IMG/VR virus record: IMGVR_UViG_3300036900_000315
Coordinates: 2,595-66,594 of that record
Length of the DNA: 64,000 bases
Source of the DNA: a virus
Reading direction: 5' to 3' (one strand)
Shown one piece after another: positions 35,801 to 45,500 of the stretch. Every line of letters starts with the position of its first letter. The stretch's first letter is position 1. The position numbers and the translations under genes were made by a program. The notes beneath the pieces were generated by a model. That model ran no database searches, was not told where the DNA came from, and saw only the letters and a list, made by a program, of their open reading frames with translations.

Positions 35801-37178
35801 TGATTCCGCTTGGACTATAAACCGCGGGTCCCATCTGGCCAGCCACCGTTCCGTCATAATCGACGTCGCCGATCAGCGGATTTGTGCAGTCATTGCCTGC
35901 AATCTTTGCGCCGCCCAGTCCGTCGCCGTCGATGCAGCCGCCATTCACAAACTTGACGGTATTGTTGGCGATGGTCCCTCGCACTACCAAACTGGCGTGA
36001 TCGAACGCAACAGCCGGAACGTTGCCCGAGGCATTGTTGTACCACTTCGCAGTTCCGACCAAGTCGCTATCCGAGGTCGAAACGAACCCGACGTGATCAC
36101 CGGTATTGTTGGCAACTTGGAATCCGGTAACGCCGGAGAGTTCGATGAAGTCCAGGCCAATCGTCTTGAAAATATTGCCGCTGATTTTGATGTTGGAATT
36201 GAGCAGGCTATTGCCGTTCCTCGCGTCCATAAAGAAGGCGTGCCCGGTGTTTTGCTTGAACGTGCTATCGATCAGCTTGAGACTATGGACGCCAAACGTG
36301 CTCGCCGAAACGATAAAGACGCCGCCCTGCCACGATCCATAAGTTTCGTCGCCCGGGCTGCCGAATAGGAAGGAGCGGTTGTATTGAAAGGTGAGGTTCG
36401 ACAGAAAAACGTTATCGATGCTGACTGTGCGCGCATCGAGGATCAGCGGATAACCCGCGCTGTGCTGGACAGTCGAGTTCTTGAAAGTGAGCGATCCGCC
36501 ATGAACCCAGATGCTGGAATTGTCCGTGAAGATCGAGGACGTCGACGTGTATGTGGGGATGCCGCCGATGAGGTTCGCTCGATCCATACCAGCAGGTGTC
36601 GTGGTCTGGCCGTCGAAAGAGCAGCCGTCGATTGCGACGCCTGTCCCATCCGGGATATCGAACCAACCGAAGCCTGAAGTAATGGAGCCCGTGCGCTTGA
36701 ATAGCGTCGTCCCTGCATCGCAGAGGACGTATACGTTTGCCGGAATCGTTACCGTGCCCGAGACGCTATAGAACCCCGTTGCGCCCGTGGATGGCACGCG
36801 AATCGCAGCGCCGGCCGCCGCGGCGAACGCCGTATTGAGGCACGAGGTCGAGTCAGTGGCGCCGGTGGGGTCGCATCCTGCAGTGAGCAGGACGGTAGGC
36901 ATGGCGATGCCGGTGACAGGCGTTACGTTGAGGTTATAGGCGCCGTCCGTTACGACGAAGCCGCCGCCGCTTGTATCCGCTGCGGGTAAGCGAAAGGTAT
37001 GGTCTGCCGTCGTGACGTCCGGAGAGGCGAGGCCCACGTGGTGAGTGTTGGCCTTGTTCTGGAATTGGACTTCGCCCACGGCCGACCCGTTGGCCGCGGG
37101 AATCACCTTGAGTTTATTGGTGTCTTGCTGTGCGAGGCAAGCTGAAGCCACGCAAAGGAAAAGCAGAAGTTTGTGCAT
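32898..37178 (-). CDS. Tail fibre/tailspike with right-handed beta-helix and an N-terminal signal peptide
   Basis: Start MHKLLLFLCVASACLA|QQ (TAATG overlap, GGAGGAG); FRLPAADTSGGGFVVTDG; GCDPTGATDSTSCLNTAF pectate-lyase-type start; Asn-rich beta-helix repeats. Confidence 0.85.
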   Translation of the reverse strand: MHKLLLFLCVASACLAQQDTNKLKVIPAANGSAVGEVQFQNKANTHHVGLASPDVTTADHTFRLPAADTSGGGFVVTDGAYNLNVTPVTGIAMPTVLLTAGCDPTGATDSTSCLNTAFAAAAGAAIRVPSTGATGFYSVSGTVTIPANVYVLCDAGTTLFKRTGSITSGFGWFDIPDGTGVAIDGCSFDGQTTTPAGMDRANLIGGIPTYTSTSSIFTDNSSIWVHGGSLTFKNSTVQHSAGYPLILDARTVSIDNVFLSNLTFQYNRSFLFGSPGDETYGSWQGGVFIVSASTFGVHSLKLIDSTFKQNTGHAFFMDARNGNSLLNSNIKISGNIFKTIGLDFIELSGVTGFQVANNTGDHVGFVSTSDSDLVGTAKWYNNASGNVPAVAFDHASLVVRGTIANNTVKFVNGGCIDGDGLGGAKIAGNDCTNPLIGDVDYDGTVAGQMGPAVYSPSGITSAGQNWNYGYNAGNSNGNTQAENNLSITDNSFYGLGCSIKMYGARNSLVSGNTLTIPGNSNGTSDHNFCAPITLGTIGTGSNQQANAVTVTKNKITYSGSGGINAAIEDAQYGAFVTADVNRVFDNDLTGPLAQFSKDINSSSVEYGGNSTTTSGVTSAGYNLGISQHGSTAVATFRNQIELGTGIVLSRFYSGATPTTTSNLILSLSSNGRTYLGNGTTTGGLYWGATPLIDETQDSWFHSLNITGNLAIDNVRNSYLNSITDTGTSTLTLDSARNSRVNSLSIGTGAVANSTAGLAVDNLRNTFFNTVFIGVNGSSPLKAIDASNNHTGIGFWGGSSVTGANQFVATTTSGTGCTTLLPCINMGNVSNFVQSNAASTVSFAAPMGIGGTVNATGLGALSGSGSLLCLDGSGFIRSSLCPAATAPLLLGSTSFTGSIPLEANSAGAFDDVHDYSPVIGLLGAGATSQTAVLEYFHPYAYETLRRESGIVGGAVSSSSDANWESNGVTGMCVSNAAFTFGFGGGHHVGCNGGAFYGLVNATNAQAWGVNIFVSDVDRSLATSVFDYSHNHAGSVVGAEFDQQVGNTGSSVSSLNMGVAYLGITHTNLTTQAVNINLTGSAANYWDYGYITNDGAAIVGLHIGHGNVGYSGSACTTVLGSCTGAAYATNSQFIDIVSGPIVSGLPSTPMITRMWNDVNGQFNIITNQCPNPPSCSSGNAKFIRFTPIGNILIDGTASQASITATAGWVQSGDGFHSASSSGTALNLPSGGFTTLTGAITSTNSFNALDVTGGGIASLYSTVSGTLQNSLNVPNGGGAFGGVVFAGNQNTDIDAGNKLELLGQTGVIGGNVYFVVKNDFGNKAYMGMTGGSGGGAFFGSFNAISLGIRTSNTDRIQIDASGNINFTSASFSTFQQAVTFNSGIIMGSSGISAGGHAGFTGTLGVRNFANTGTCTMDFAAGIFYGSSGC

Positions 37179-40100
37179 TAGGAAAGTGCTCCTCCGGTAC
37201 GGAATGAATCGAGGCCCCACACGGTGCCGTGCCAGGTGAGGATATAAGTGGTCCGGGTACTGAGATCTCCCGCAATACCCTGCAGCGGAACGTCAGAGGC
37301 GAAGCCGCCCGCGCCGGCCGCGAAGTTGGGGACAGGCCAGCCGCCCGTTGCATCCTGGTCGATGTAGAGAGTGAAGCTCATGCCGGCAGAGATCGTGCCT
37401 CCGGTGAATATTGGGGCTACGATTGTCGCGATGGTGGCTGCAGGGACTCCGGTCGCCGTCGTGGTGTCGAGGACGATCCGGAAGTTTAGCCCGTTGGCTA
37501 AATCGATATTGAAGTTGTTCGAGCCGTCCAGCGGGACCGTTGAGTAGCCGCCGCCGGCAGTGTTTGGCCCCGCCTGCCCGAAAACATACAGCTCACGGAA
37601 TGGCGCGTAAAGATCAGGGAACGACGCATTATTCACGTCTTCCGTCTGCACTTCGATCAAGAACGACTGCCCGCCCTGGTTGTCTAAAGGCAAACTGCCG
37701 ATTGAGTTACCGGGGATAATTCCGCTGGTTGCGGTGTTGAGCTTCTTACCCGTCACGTCGTACGGATAGTGCGAGTCGATGATGATGAAGACGCTGGTGG
37801 CATCGGGGATTGTGCCCCATACCCCGTTGATCGTTAGGGTGGTGTTGGTGTTCGAGAGAATCGTCCGCTCTTGCCCTGCGCCTGCGCCCGCGATAATCAG
37901 CACGTTGTCGCCACCGAATGCATCCACAGCGAGCCCTGATGGGTTCAGCGAGTTCACATACAACGCATCGCCGATTGTGTTCGCGCTGAAGATATTGGCC
38001 TGAGCCCGGATCGTCACGAAGTCGCCGACAGAGAAGGCGATCCCGTTTGTTGAGATGCTTAGCGCCGACTGATTCATGTGGAGGTTCGGCGTTGCTGAGG
38101 ACGTGATACCGAAGCTCGAAGCGTCGAATGGGCCGGTGGCGACTCCACCCGGAATGGCTCCCAGTTTCGAAACGACCCTACCTGCAAAGTTGTCGGTGAA
38201 CGCCGGGATTCCGAGCCGCACATAGGGACCGCCGGGAACGATGACGGTTGCGGTAACCAGCGCGCCTTCCCAGATGCCAGCCTTGAAGATCTTCCTACCG
38301 TAGAAATGGAAGTGGTCGAAGTTGATATCCGGAGGGCCGCCGATTGTGGGCGAGAACAATGCCGTCAGATTGATAGCGCCGCCGACGAGTGCCCCGACCA
38401 GCGCGTTAGCCTGCCATGTTTGCGTGGGGTCCTGCAGGCCGCCGTAGACGTTAAATGAAACTGTGGCTGCGTCATACGAGGGAATCGGAATGGAGACCAC
38501 GGCGGTTGTGGTGCCAGGCGCAATATAAGCCTTGCAGTCTGAAGAGACGCCTGATTCGTCGCCGTTCGAATCGACTGCCGTGACCGTGAAGTGATAGGTC
38601 CCCGAGGGGATGTTGCCCCCACTCGACGCCACGACTGCCTGCCGGCCAACCTGGGGAGGATGAACGAGATTCGACGTCACATTGACGACTGCCGCGCCGC
38701 CGATATCCGCTACAACTTGCGCGGACCCGTCCGTGTTGGTCGTATATTCGGTGACGATGCTGAACGTCGGAGTGCCCGGAAATAGCGCGTCGGTGAAGGG
38801 CCGGGCGAGGTCGACGTTATGCCAGGGGAGTGAAGGCCGGTTGGGCGGGTTTTTGCGCGGGTCCGAGTACTGAGGTGGGACAGATTGCCCGAAGGCGTCC
38901 GCATACCATGAAGATTCCGTCCACTCGACCGTGGTGGTCATCTGCTCGAAATTGGTGGTGCCTTCGATCTTGATGACGCGGCCGAGGAATCCTAAGCCGG
39001 CGAGATGCGTATCGACCGAGGTGTAGCTATTCGGTGGCTGCGAGAAGCGGCAAAGCACGATCTGGCCGACTCGTAAATGCGAGATCCGGAATGTCGTCTT
39101 GATCTCGAAGCGCCGTGTGCCTCGGGTGTCCTGCTGCTCGTTGCCGCGGAGCTGCTCGGCAAGATAGGTGCGCGAAACGCGAAACGCCTGATCGAACGAG
39201 GTGATGCCAGTCGCCACAAAGTTCGAATTGACGATGGAGCCCGAGTTGGCCCACTGCCCGCGCGCCGCGTCGTCGACGTCGGTGACGGAACTCCAGTCCT
39301 GCACGAAGCCGTTATCAGCATCTAAAATCGGGATGATGATCTTGTTCCCAGAGGCCGCGTTGGGCGACATAACCGTGCGGATTGAGACCGTGTTCGATTC
39401 GTCGAAGGCGTACGCTGGATACCCCGTTCCCGTGCCACCCGCGGCGATGATGGCCGTAATCCCGGTGTTGTAATTGCTGCCGTCGATGGGCGCCGGCTGC
39501 TGGTCCGCAATACTCTGGCGGATCATAATGCCGACCAGGCCGGTCACCTTGTCTCGATAGACCTGCGCATTGAAGCCGCGCAGCATCGAGTTCAGAAGCT
39601 CGCTGCCTAATTTCGCGTCGCCAATATAGGTGCCGATGATGTAGCGCGCGTGACTGTTCGTGTTGCCGTTGTTGTCGATATAGGAAACGGCCGTGGCGCA
39701 GATCGCCGCCGCGGTAATGAAGCTTTGGATGTTCAAATCTGCCCACCTGAGTCCAGCGCGCAGCAGGAGATCCGCCACGCAAAATGCCGGGTTATCCGAA
39801 TAGCTGTACGGCCACGAATTGACGTCCGCCGGGTTCGTCGTATTTGGCTGCTTCACCCACAAACGCTGGGCGAGGACGTTCACGCTGGGGACTGCGTTCG
39901 AAGCCGCCAGCTCCACAAACAGGACAGCGTAAGCCATGGCAATGCCGCCGTAGGGGTCGCCCTGCGAGTTGTAGCCTGCGTCCGCTGTCGGCGCGCCGCT
40001 CCGGAGGCCCTGCGTCACCAGGTCCCAGCGGAGGCCGTTGTTTGTTGGGTCGCTTGATCCCGTGTTGTGCGGGACGGTCACGCCGTTCATGACCACCTGC

Positions 40101-41077
40101 AGGATCGGTCCGTTGCCGTTGTAGGGGCCGATATTGCCGCCGCAGACGATCAGTTCGAACCGGGTGAGGTTGCCGTCGCCGATGGTGTTCGCGATGAGCG
40201 GTGCGCCCCACGCAGTGCCGTAGCCCAGTGGGATCGGCTTGCCCATGATCGAACCGTTCGCAAGACGAAATGAAGGGACCTTGTTGCCGGTGCCGTAGTT
40301 GATGTAATTCTTGATCTGGCTATCCGGTACCCACTGGATACCGCCATATCGCCCGGTGATGCGGTTCGTGGAGTCCTTGGTGTACATGCCCCGAGCCACG
40401 CAATCGCCCTTGGTGAGATTGCACGTCGTGAACAGCCCGTTGCCGCGCAGCGCGCTGCCGCCGGTATCCGGATCCGTGCCAGCCTGGTCGGGATTGTAGC
40501 CGCACGAGAAGAAGAGCGAGTAGCGATCCGTGCCGGCCGCGAGACGCTGTGCCGCGGTTGCGGGAAACGTGTAGGGGCAACGCGCCTGCGCCTGCAGGAC
40601 GGGGAGGTATTTCTTTTGCAGGTTGTTCGAACTGGCTGCGGAAATCGTTATTGTGCCATCGGGATCAATTGATACCGGTGCGTCACAGATGCCGATGAAG
40701 ACGCTGTAGGAATCACTCGAGAAGGTGTAGCCGTTCGTTTCGCCGAAGATCAGTTGGACCGTGCAGGTCGCGTCTCTGAAGCCGAGCGTCGATTCGTAGT
40801 TCGACCAGACGAAGAAATCATCGTCCAGAATTTTGACGCTGATAGAGGGAAGCTTTTCGATGCCCTGCTCGCTGCGCTCCTGCACTGCGCCAAGGGTTTG
40901 CATGGCGATGCGCGCGAAGTAATCGTGGCCACCATATTGCGCGCCGCCCTCTGCCACGTTCAGCGGGTGAGTCGATAGACGCAAAAAGGTCCCATCGTAG
41001 AACTGGAACGTGAACAGCAGCATCGGCTGAAAGCTCTGCTCTGCCTCTTTTGCGAGGGCGATGGTAGTAAGTGACAC
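37178..41077 (-). CDS. Tail tip/baseplate hub (host-specificity) protein
   Basis: 1299 aa after Dit; CPY...CGY...CNLTKGDC cluster; PIPLGYGTAW; YSDNPAFCVADLL; LRVGQIV. Confidence 0.85.
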   Translation of the reverse strand: MSLTTIALAKEAEQSFQPMLLFTFQFYDGTFLRLSTHPLNVAEGGAQYGGHDYFARIAMQTLGAVQERSEQGIEKLPSISVKILDDDFFVWSNYESTLGFRDATCTVQLIFGETNGYTFSSDSYSVFIGICDAPVSIDPDGTITISAASSNNLQKKYLPVLQAQARCPYTFPATAAQRLAAGTDRYSLFFSCGYNPDQAGTDPDTGGSALRGNGLFTTCNLTKGDCVARGMYTKDSTNRITGRYGGIQWVPDSQIKNYINYGTGNKVPSFRLANGSIMGKPIPLGYGTAWGAPLIANTIGDGNLTRFELIVCGGNIGPYNGNGPILQVVMNGVTVPHNTGSSDPTNNGLRWDLVTQGLRSGAPTADAGYNSQGDPYGGIAMAYAVLFVELAASNAVPSVNVLAQRLWVKQPNTTNPADVNSWPYSYSDNPAFCVADLLLRAGLRWADLNIQSFITAAAICATAVSYIDNNGNTNSHARYIIGTYIGDAKLGSELLNSMLRGFNAQVYRDKVTGLVGIMIRQSIADQQPAPIDGSNYNTGITAIIAAGGTGTGYPAYAFDESNTVSIRTVMSPNAASGNKIIIPILDADNGFVQDWSSVTDVDDAARGQWANSGSIVNSNFVATGITSFDQAFRVSRTYLAEQLRGNEQQDTRGTRRFEIKTTFRISHLRVGQIVLCRFSQPPNSYTSVDTHLAGLGFLGRVIKIEGTTNFEQMTTTVEWTESSWYADAFGQSVPPQYSDPRKNPPNRPSLPWHNVDLARPFTDALFPGTPTFSIVTEYTTNTDGSAQVVADIGGAAVVNVTSNLVHPPQVGRQAVVASSGGNIPSGTYHFTVTAVDSNGDESGVSSDCKAYIAPGTTTAVVSIPIPSYDAATVSFNVYGGLQDPTQTWQANALVGALVGGAINLTALFSPTIGGPPDINFDHFHFYGRKIFKAGIWEGALVTATVIVPGGPYVRLGIPAFTDNFAGRVVSKLGAIPGGVATGPFDASSFGITSSATPNLHMNQSALSISTNGIAFSVGDFVTIRAQANIFSANTIGDALYVNSLNPSGLAVDAFGGDNVLIIAGAGAGQERTILSNTNTTLTINGVWGTIPDATSVFIIIDSHYPYDVTGKKLNTATSGIIPGNSIGSLPLDNQGGQSFLIEVQTEDVNNASFPDLYAPFRELYVFGQAGPNTAGGGYSTVPLDGSNNFNIDLANGLNFRIVLDTTTATGVPAATIATIVAPIFTGGTISAGMSFTLYIDQDATGGWPVPNFAAGAGGFASDVPLQGIAGDLSTRTTYILTWHGTVWGLDSFRTGGALS

Positions 41078-41093
41078 GGGGTAAGGTGGAGGT

Positions 41094-41258
41094 GGAGCGC
41101 CGCTCGAGTGGCGGAAACTGGAATACGCTGTATGGGCGAAGCGGACGCGTTTCGCGGACTACTGCCGGGAGGAGTACTTCCTGGGGCGCGCCGGCGTCGG
41201 GCTTGTCCCCTTGTGGGCGGCAGAACCCACCTCATAGAACCGGCGAACGTGGCGCTCC
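41094..41258 (+). other. Structured, tRNA-Leu-like degenerate element
   Basis: GGAGCGCC/GGCGCTCC closing stem; D-arm-like GCTCGAGTGGCGGAAACTGGAATACGC; GTGGG/CCCAC arm without TTC. Confidence 0.35.
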
Positions 41259-41271
41259 CTATGATTGAGTT

Positions 41272-41448
41272 ATGAAGAGCAAGCGCGATCCGGCAAACCC
41301 TGGTGACGTGGTCATGCTGTCCAAACGCCAAGTGGAGGAAATATGCAACGCTACCCTGAAAGCCGCGCTTTCCATCAAAGACAGCAATCCCACTGTGGCC
41401 TGGGAGCTAGTTAAAAAGGTAGTAATCCTGCAGGAGCTTAAATGCTGA
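41272..41448 (+). CDS. Small hypothetical protein (58 aa)
   Basis: Hand-translated MKSKRDPANPGDVVMLSKRQVEEICN...; overlaps the next start. Confidence 0.45.
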   Translation: MKSKRDPANPGDVVMLSKRQVEEICNATLKAALSIKDSNPTVAWELVKKVVILQELKC

Positions 41449-41774
41449 ACCGCCGCGCCTTCATTACCGCGATCGGCGCGGCACTTGGGCTGCACGGGAA
41501 GGTTAAACCGAATACCGCGGTGCTCTGCGAAACCATTAGCTTTGCGGGAATTCCGTACGCCCAAAGAGGAAGAGTTCAACCCCGGATAACATTCGAATTC
41601 TCAAGCTCCCGTCGCCTCTTTTGCGGGGACCTGATCCATCTGGAGATGAAGACTTGCAGGATCGATCAAGTGGTGTGGACTTCAATGTCAGGCGAAATTC
41701 TTGGGCCTTATCGTTATTTCGCCACCCAAATACAGAGCGAGGAGCTTACGGAACCTGCGCCAGCTTCACAGTGA
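41442..41774 (+). CDS. Hypothetical protein with twin-arginine-like N-terminus
   Basis: MLNRRAFITAIGAALG; AGGAG upstream. Confidence 0.5.
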   Translation: MLNRRAFITAIGAALGLHGKVKPNTAVLCETISFAGIPYAQRGRVQPRITFEFSSSRRLFCGDLIHLEMKTCRIDQVVWTSMSGEILGPYRYFATQIQSEELTEPAPASQ

Positions 41775-42513
41775 AGCTTGAAGCGTTCTTCTGTTCGTAC
41801 GTGATATCGAGCGACGCCTGATCGAATCTGCACTTCGAAATAACGTCCGGTCCGGCGGGATCCGCAAATGCGAACGTTGACCAGGCGCCGCCTGCTGCGA
41901 GGAACCAGTTGATGTACGTCGCGAGATCAGCATCCGAAACGCTGACGTAGCTCAGCGTCAGGCCGTTCAGAGGTCCACCAGGATACGGGTTGCCAGCTCC
42001 ATCGGTTAGCCCGAAGCCGTAGTACCCCGACGCGTAGCGCGGTCCATTGGGATTCTTGCCGCACAGCGTCTTTTCCTGGGGGCTATTTTCGTGCGGGTAG
42101 CAGCACACCGCCCCGCTTGTCATCAGTGGATAACTGCCGGTGAGCGCCGGAATCGTCGGTGCGTTCTGCGTCTGCGAGCACTTCAGATCGAGCGAATATC
42201 GGCGGTCGTTTCTGATGGTCCACGTGTCCGAGTCGAGCCCGAGGTTCGAGTACGTCACGCCGTCCAGAGTCATCGACCACGTGCTGTTGAACATACCCTG
42301 TGCCGTGGTCGAGAGGAACGTATTTAGCGCGCTTGCATCAGTCGAGTTGAGCCGGGCATAGTGGAGGTTGAAGGAGTTCAACGGAGCATGTCGCTTCCAC
42401 CGCTGTTCGGCGCCGGACATGAATTTGACTATGGCGACGTCCAGGTTGAGGGAGCGATTTAGTGGGTAGAGCGCCGGAGCGCCGCCGCGGACTGTGGGTA
42501 GAGTGCCTGGCAT
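41746..42513 (-). CDS. Distal tail (Dit)-like protein
   Basis: Follows the tape measure gene; two similar halves (SGAEQRW...LNTFL; LATYINWF...FAFADP...CRFDQ). Confidence 0.75.
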   Translation of the reverse strand: MPGTLPTVRGGAPALYPLNRSLNLDVAIVKFMSGAEQRWKRHAPLNSFNLHYARLNSTDASALNTFLSTTAQGMFNSTWSMTLDGVTYSNLGLDSDTWTIRNDRRYSLDLKCSQTQNAPTIPALTGSYPLMTSGAVCCYPHENSPQEKTLCGKNPNGPRYASGYYGFGLTDGAGNPYPGGPLNGLTLSYVSVSDADLATYINWFLAAGGAWSTFAFADPAGPDVISKCRFDQASLDITYEQKNASSFTVKLAQVP

Positions 42514-42515
42514 GA

Positions 42516-45500
42516 TTAACCTGCGTACCCAGGATTGAGTTGCGCGCGCAGCTCGTCGGTAACCGGGTGTCCTGCGGTGATGGCCTTGTGCATTGCATCC
42601 GTGAGGATGGAGGCATTGTCCATGATCGATTTACTGTCGAGCGCGTTGATGTTGATCTGGTACGACGGTCCCTGGCTACCGCCAGCCTGCGAAGGAGATC
42701 CCGCTGCGCCTGCTGTCTGGCTATTGGCTGGGTTGGTGTTCGGTCCACCAAAGGGCGAGATAACCGAGCCAGGAACTTCGGCGTGTTTCTCCCAGTCGTA
42801 GTAGCTCTCCGCGATTTGCGGCATGGCTGACAGGTTCGAGCTTCGGGCGTTGCCTTGGGCGTCGGTGTCGGAGTAGTTGCCGTTCAGGCCCATCGATTTT
42901 GAGATCGAGGTCGGGGCCTGGTATTGGTTCTGCTGCGCTTCCTTTTCCATGGTGTGGAGGTACTGTTGCTTGGGGTCTCCGAGCAAGCTCCCGATAACGC
43001 CGACGACTCCGCCAACTGCTGCGAGTACTCCGCCGACGAGTTGGCCGCCGGGAATCAGTGATGCAATTCCAGCCGCGGTGCCGATAACGCCTGCAGCACC
43101 TTCGACGCCACCCTTCGCTCCGCCCTTTTTAAAGCCGTCGTAGGCTGCGAATGCACCAGCAGCGATTTCAGCGATGCCAGCGACGTTCTTGCCGAGAGTG
43201 CCGGTCAAGCCTTTACTGGTCGATGCGATTTTGGAGGTGGCTCCTTCCGCCGCAGACTCGCCGCTGCTGTTATCCGCACTTCCGGGAATCGCGGAACCTT
43301 CCACGCCAGCTTCGCCCGATCCGGTAGGCGATGTACTGCTGCCGCTGAGAAGAGGCGCGATCTTCGAGAAGGCACTCATCACGCCAGGGGGAAGGATGGA
43401 GCTGAGGCCCGATGCTACGCTTCCTGCTCCCGCTCCGGCTGGTGGCGTCCCACCGTGCGCTGCAGTGTTCGCATTGACAGACGTAGTGAGCGAGGTTATG
43501 GCGGTCGTATTCGCATCGAGTTCAGGATGCTTCTTGGGCGAGAGGATTGTTCCGCCCAGCGCCGTGCTGAGGATCTTGCCAAAGGGGCCATCGGTTGGGA
43601 TGTTGCTCGTTACCGCGCTGATTCCCTTGTCGATCACCGGGCCAGCAACGTTACCCGCAACCTGAGATGCGAGCTTGCGTCCTTCACCGGCGAAGAACCC
43701 GCGCACTCCTTTGCTTCCGCCGAATGCTGATTCGGTCAGTCCGGAGGCGAGCGAGTGCGCATCCTCTGCACTCTTCCGGTTGGCTTCGGCCTGTTTGAGC
43801 GCGTCTTCCTCGTGGATATCCTTGACGGTTTGCGCGTTCTTTACGCGTGCCTCTTCCGCCGCAATGCCCTGTTGTTCCTGGTTCCCCTTGGTGGTGGCGA
43901 TGTTGAGTTCGTACTGGAGGACCTTTGCGGCAGTCTGCAGGCGTAGGTCGGAGATGGCTTTCTGTGTTGCGAGTTCCTGACCGGGCCTGGAGTTTACCTC
44001 GAGGAGCCGTTCCTGGCGCCGTTCATCGTCTGTCGTTTGCTTGAGCAGATCCTGCGACGTTGCCTGACGTGGAGCGTTCGTAAGCGCGTCCTGGCCGGAG
44101 CCTGCGCGCAACACGCGACCAAGCGCCGTGGTGATACCGCCCTTGTCCCCGAACTTGTCCTCATCTTTGCTGGCCGCCGCCGATTCCTTGGCGGATTCCC
44201 GCGCCAGACGTCCCGACACGCTAAATGCTTCGTCACCGAGTACATCCAGGTTTTGAAGACGCTTTGCCGCGTCGTCCGTTTTCTTCTTCTCTGCCTTCTC
44301 GTCTTTTTTGCGCTGTTCCTCGTCGAGATTGGCCTTGGCGAGTAACGAGCCCCCGATCACATTGCCACGTGCGCGCGCGAGGTCGTCGCCATGCAGATTG
44401 GTCAGCTTCGCGAGTTCGGTATCGGTGTCGAGCTGCAGTTTCTCCTGTGGCGTGTCGCCCCTACCGCTCAATCTACGTCCGGCGGACGCCGCGCCCTTTA
44501 ACGTGGAGACGCGCTCCCGTTCGAGCTTCGCCGCATCGCGCACCGCGCCGGTGAGGTCTTTCAGTTGGCCGTTGAGCGTCTCGATTTGGGCTTCGCGCGA
44601 GTGAATTTCGTCCTTGGTGTCCTGCGCCGCTGTTTTGCCGAGGGCGCCGGAGAGTAGGTCTCTACGCAAATCCGCGAGACTGCGCGATGCGGTGCCTTCC
44701 TTGCCGGTGCCGGATTCCAGACCCTTAATCTGGCCGTGGATACCGTCCTTCGTTTTCAGGTACTCGGTGCGGTATTGGTCTGAAATTGCCTTGCCGCCGG
44801 CTTGCGTGGCAGCCGCTTGCGCTTCGAAGGGAGTAGGCCCGAATAAACCCGGTGGCCGGAACAGCCCACTTGGGTCTGAGGCTAGACGCAGATTGTGGCT
44901 GGCCTGATTATTTGCATCCTGAAGGAAGCCGTTCAAGTCTCCAGGTCGCCGATTTCCCGGACCATGCTCAGGAAGGTGGAGGCCGGGATTCCCGCCTCCA
45001 GGATCAGAGATGGCATTGACGAACTGCCCGATTACGGACACGACAATAGGCGCGAGCTTTTCGCCTAGCTTGTCCCTGAGAATCTTAAACGCCACGGCCA
45101 TCGTGGCAAACTTCTTCTCCGCTTCGTCTCCCTTTTCGATGATGTCGCGTGTGACGTTAAAGCCGAGTGCGGTAAGTTCCGAATTCAGTTCGGAATATTG
45201 ATTGATAAGCGGAATTAGCTCTTTCGCGCCGCGCCCCAGAATTGCAGTAGCCTCGCGAGCCCGCTCCGTTTTGTCCGTCATCATCGAGAGCTTCTCGATG
45301 GTTTCCAGGATAACGGAGCCCATTTCACGAGCGCCGCCGCCCGATTCGGTAAAGTCGATGCCGAGGCGATGCAGCGCGTCTGCGGTTTTCTTGCCGGAGC
45401 CGGCCTGGTCCTCTAACGCCGTGCTGACAAGGCGAATTCCGCCCTCGAGGGACCGGGCACTGACGCCGGTAATTTCTGCGATCTGTTCGAAGCGCCGCGC

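Noticed and set aside
41102-41237. Functional tRNA-Leu
   Set aside because: No TTCRA loop, no 7-nt anticodon loop, acceptor pairing limited to 3 bp
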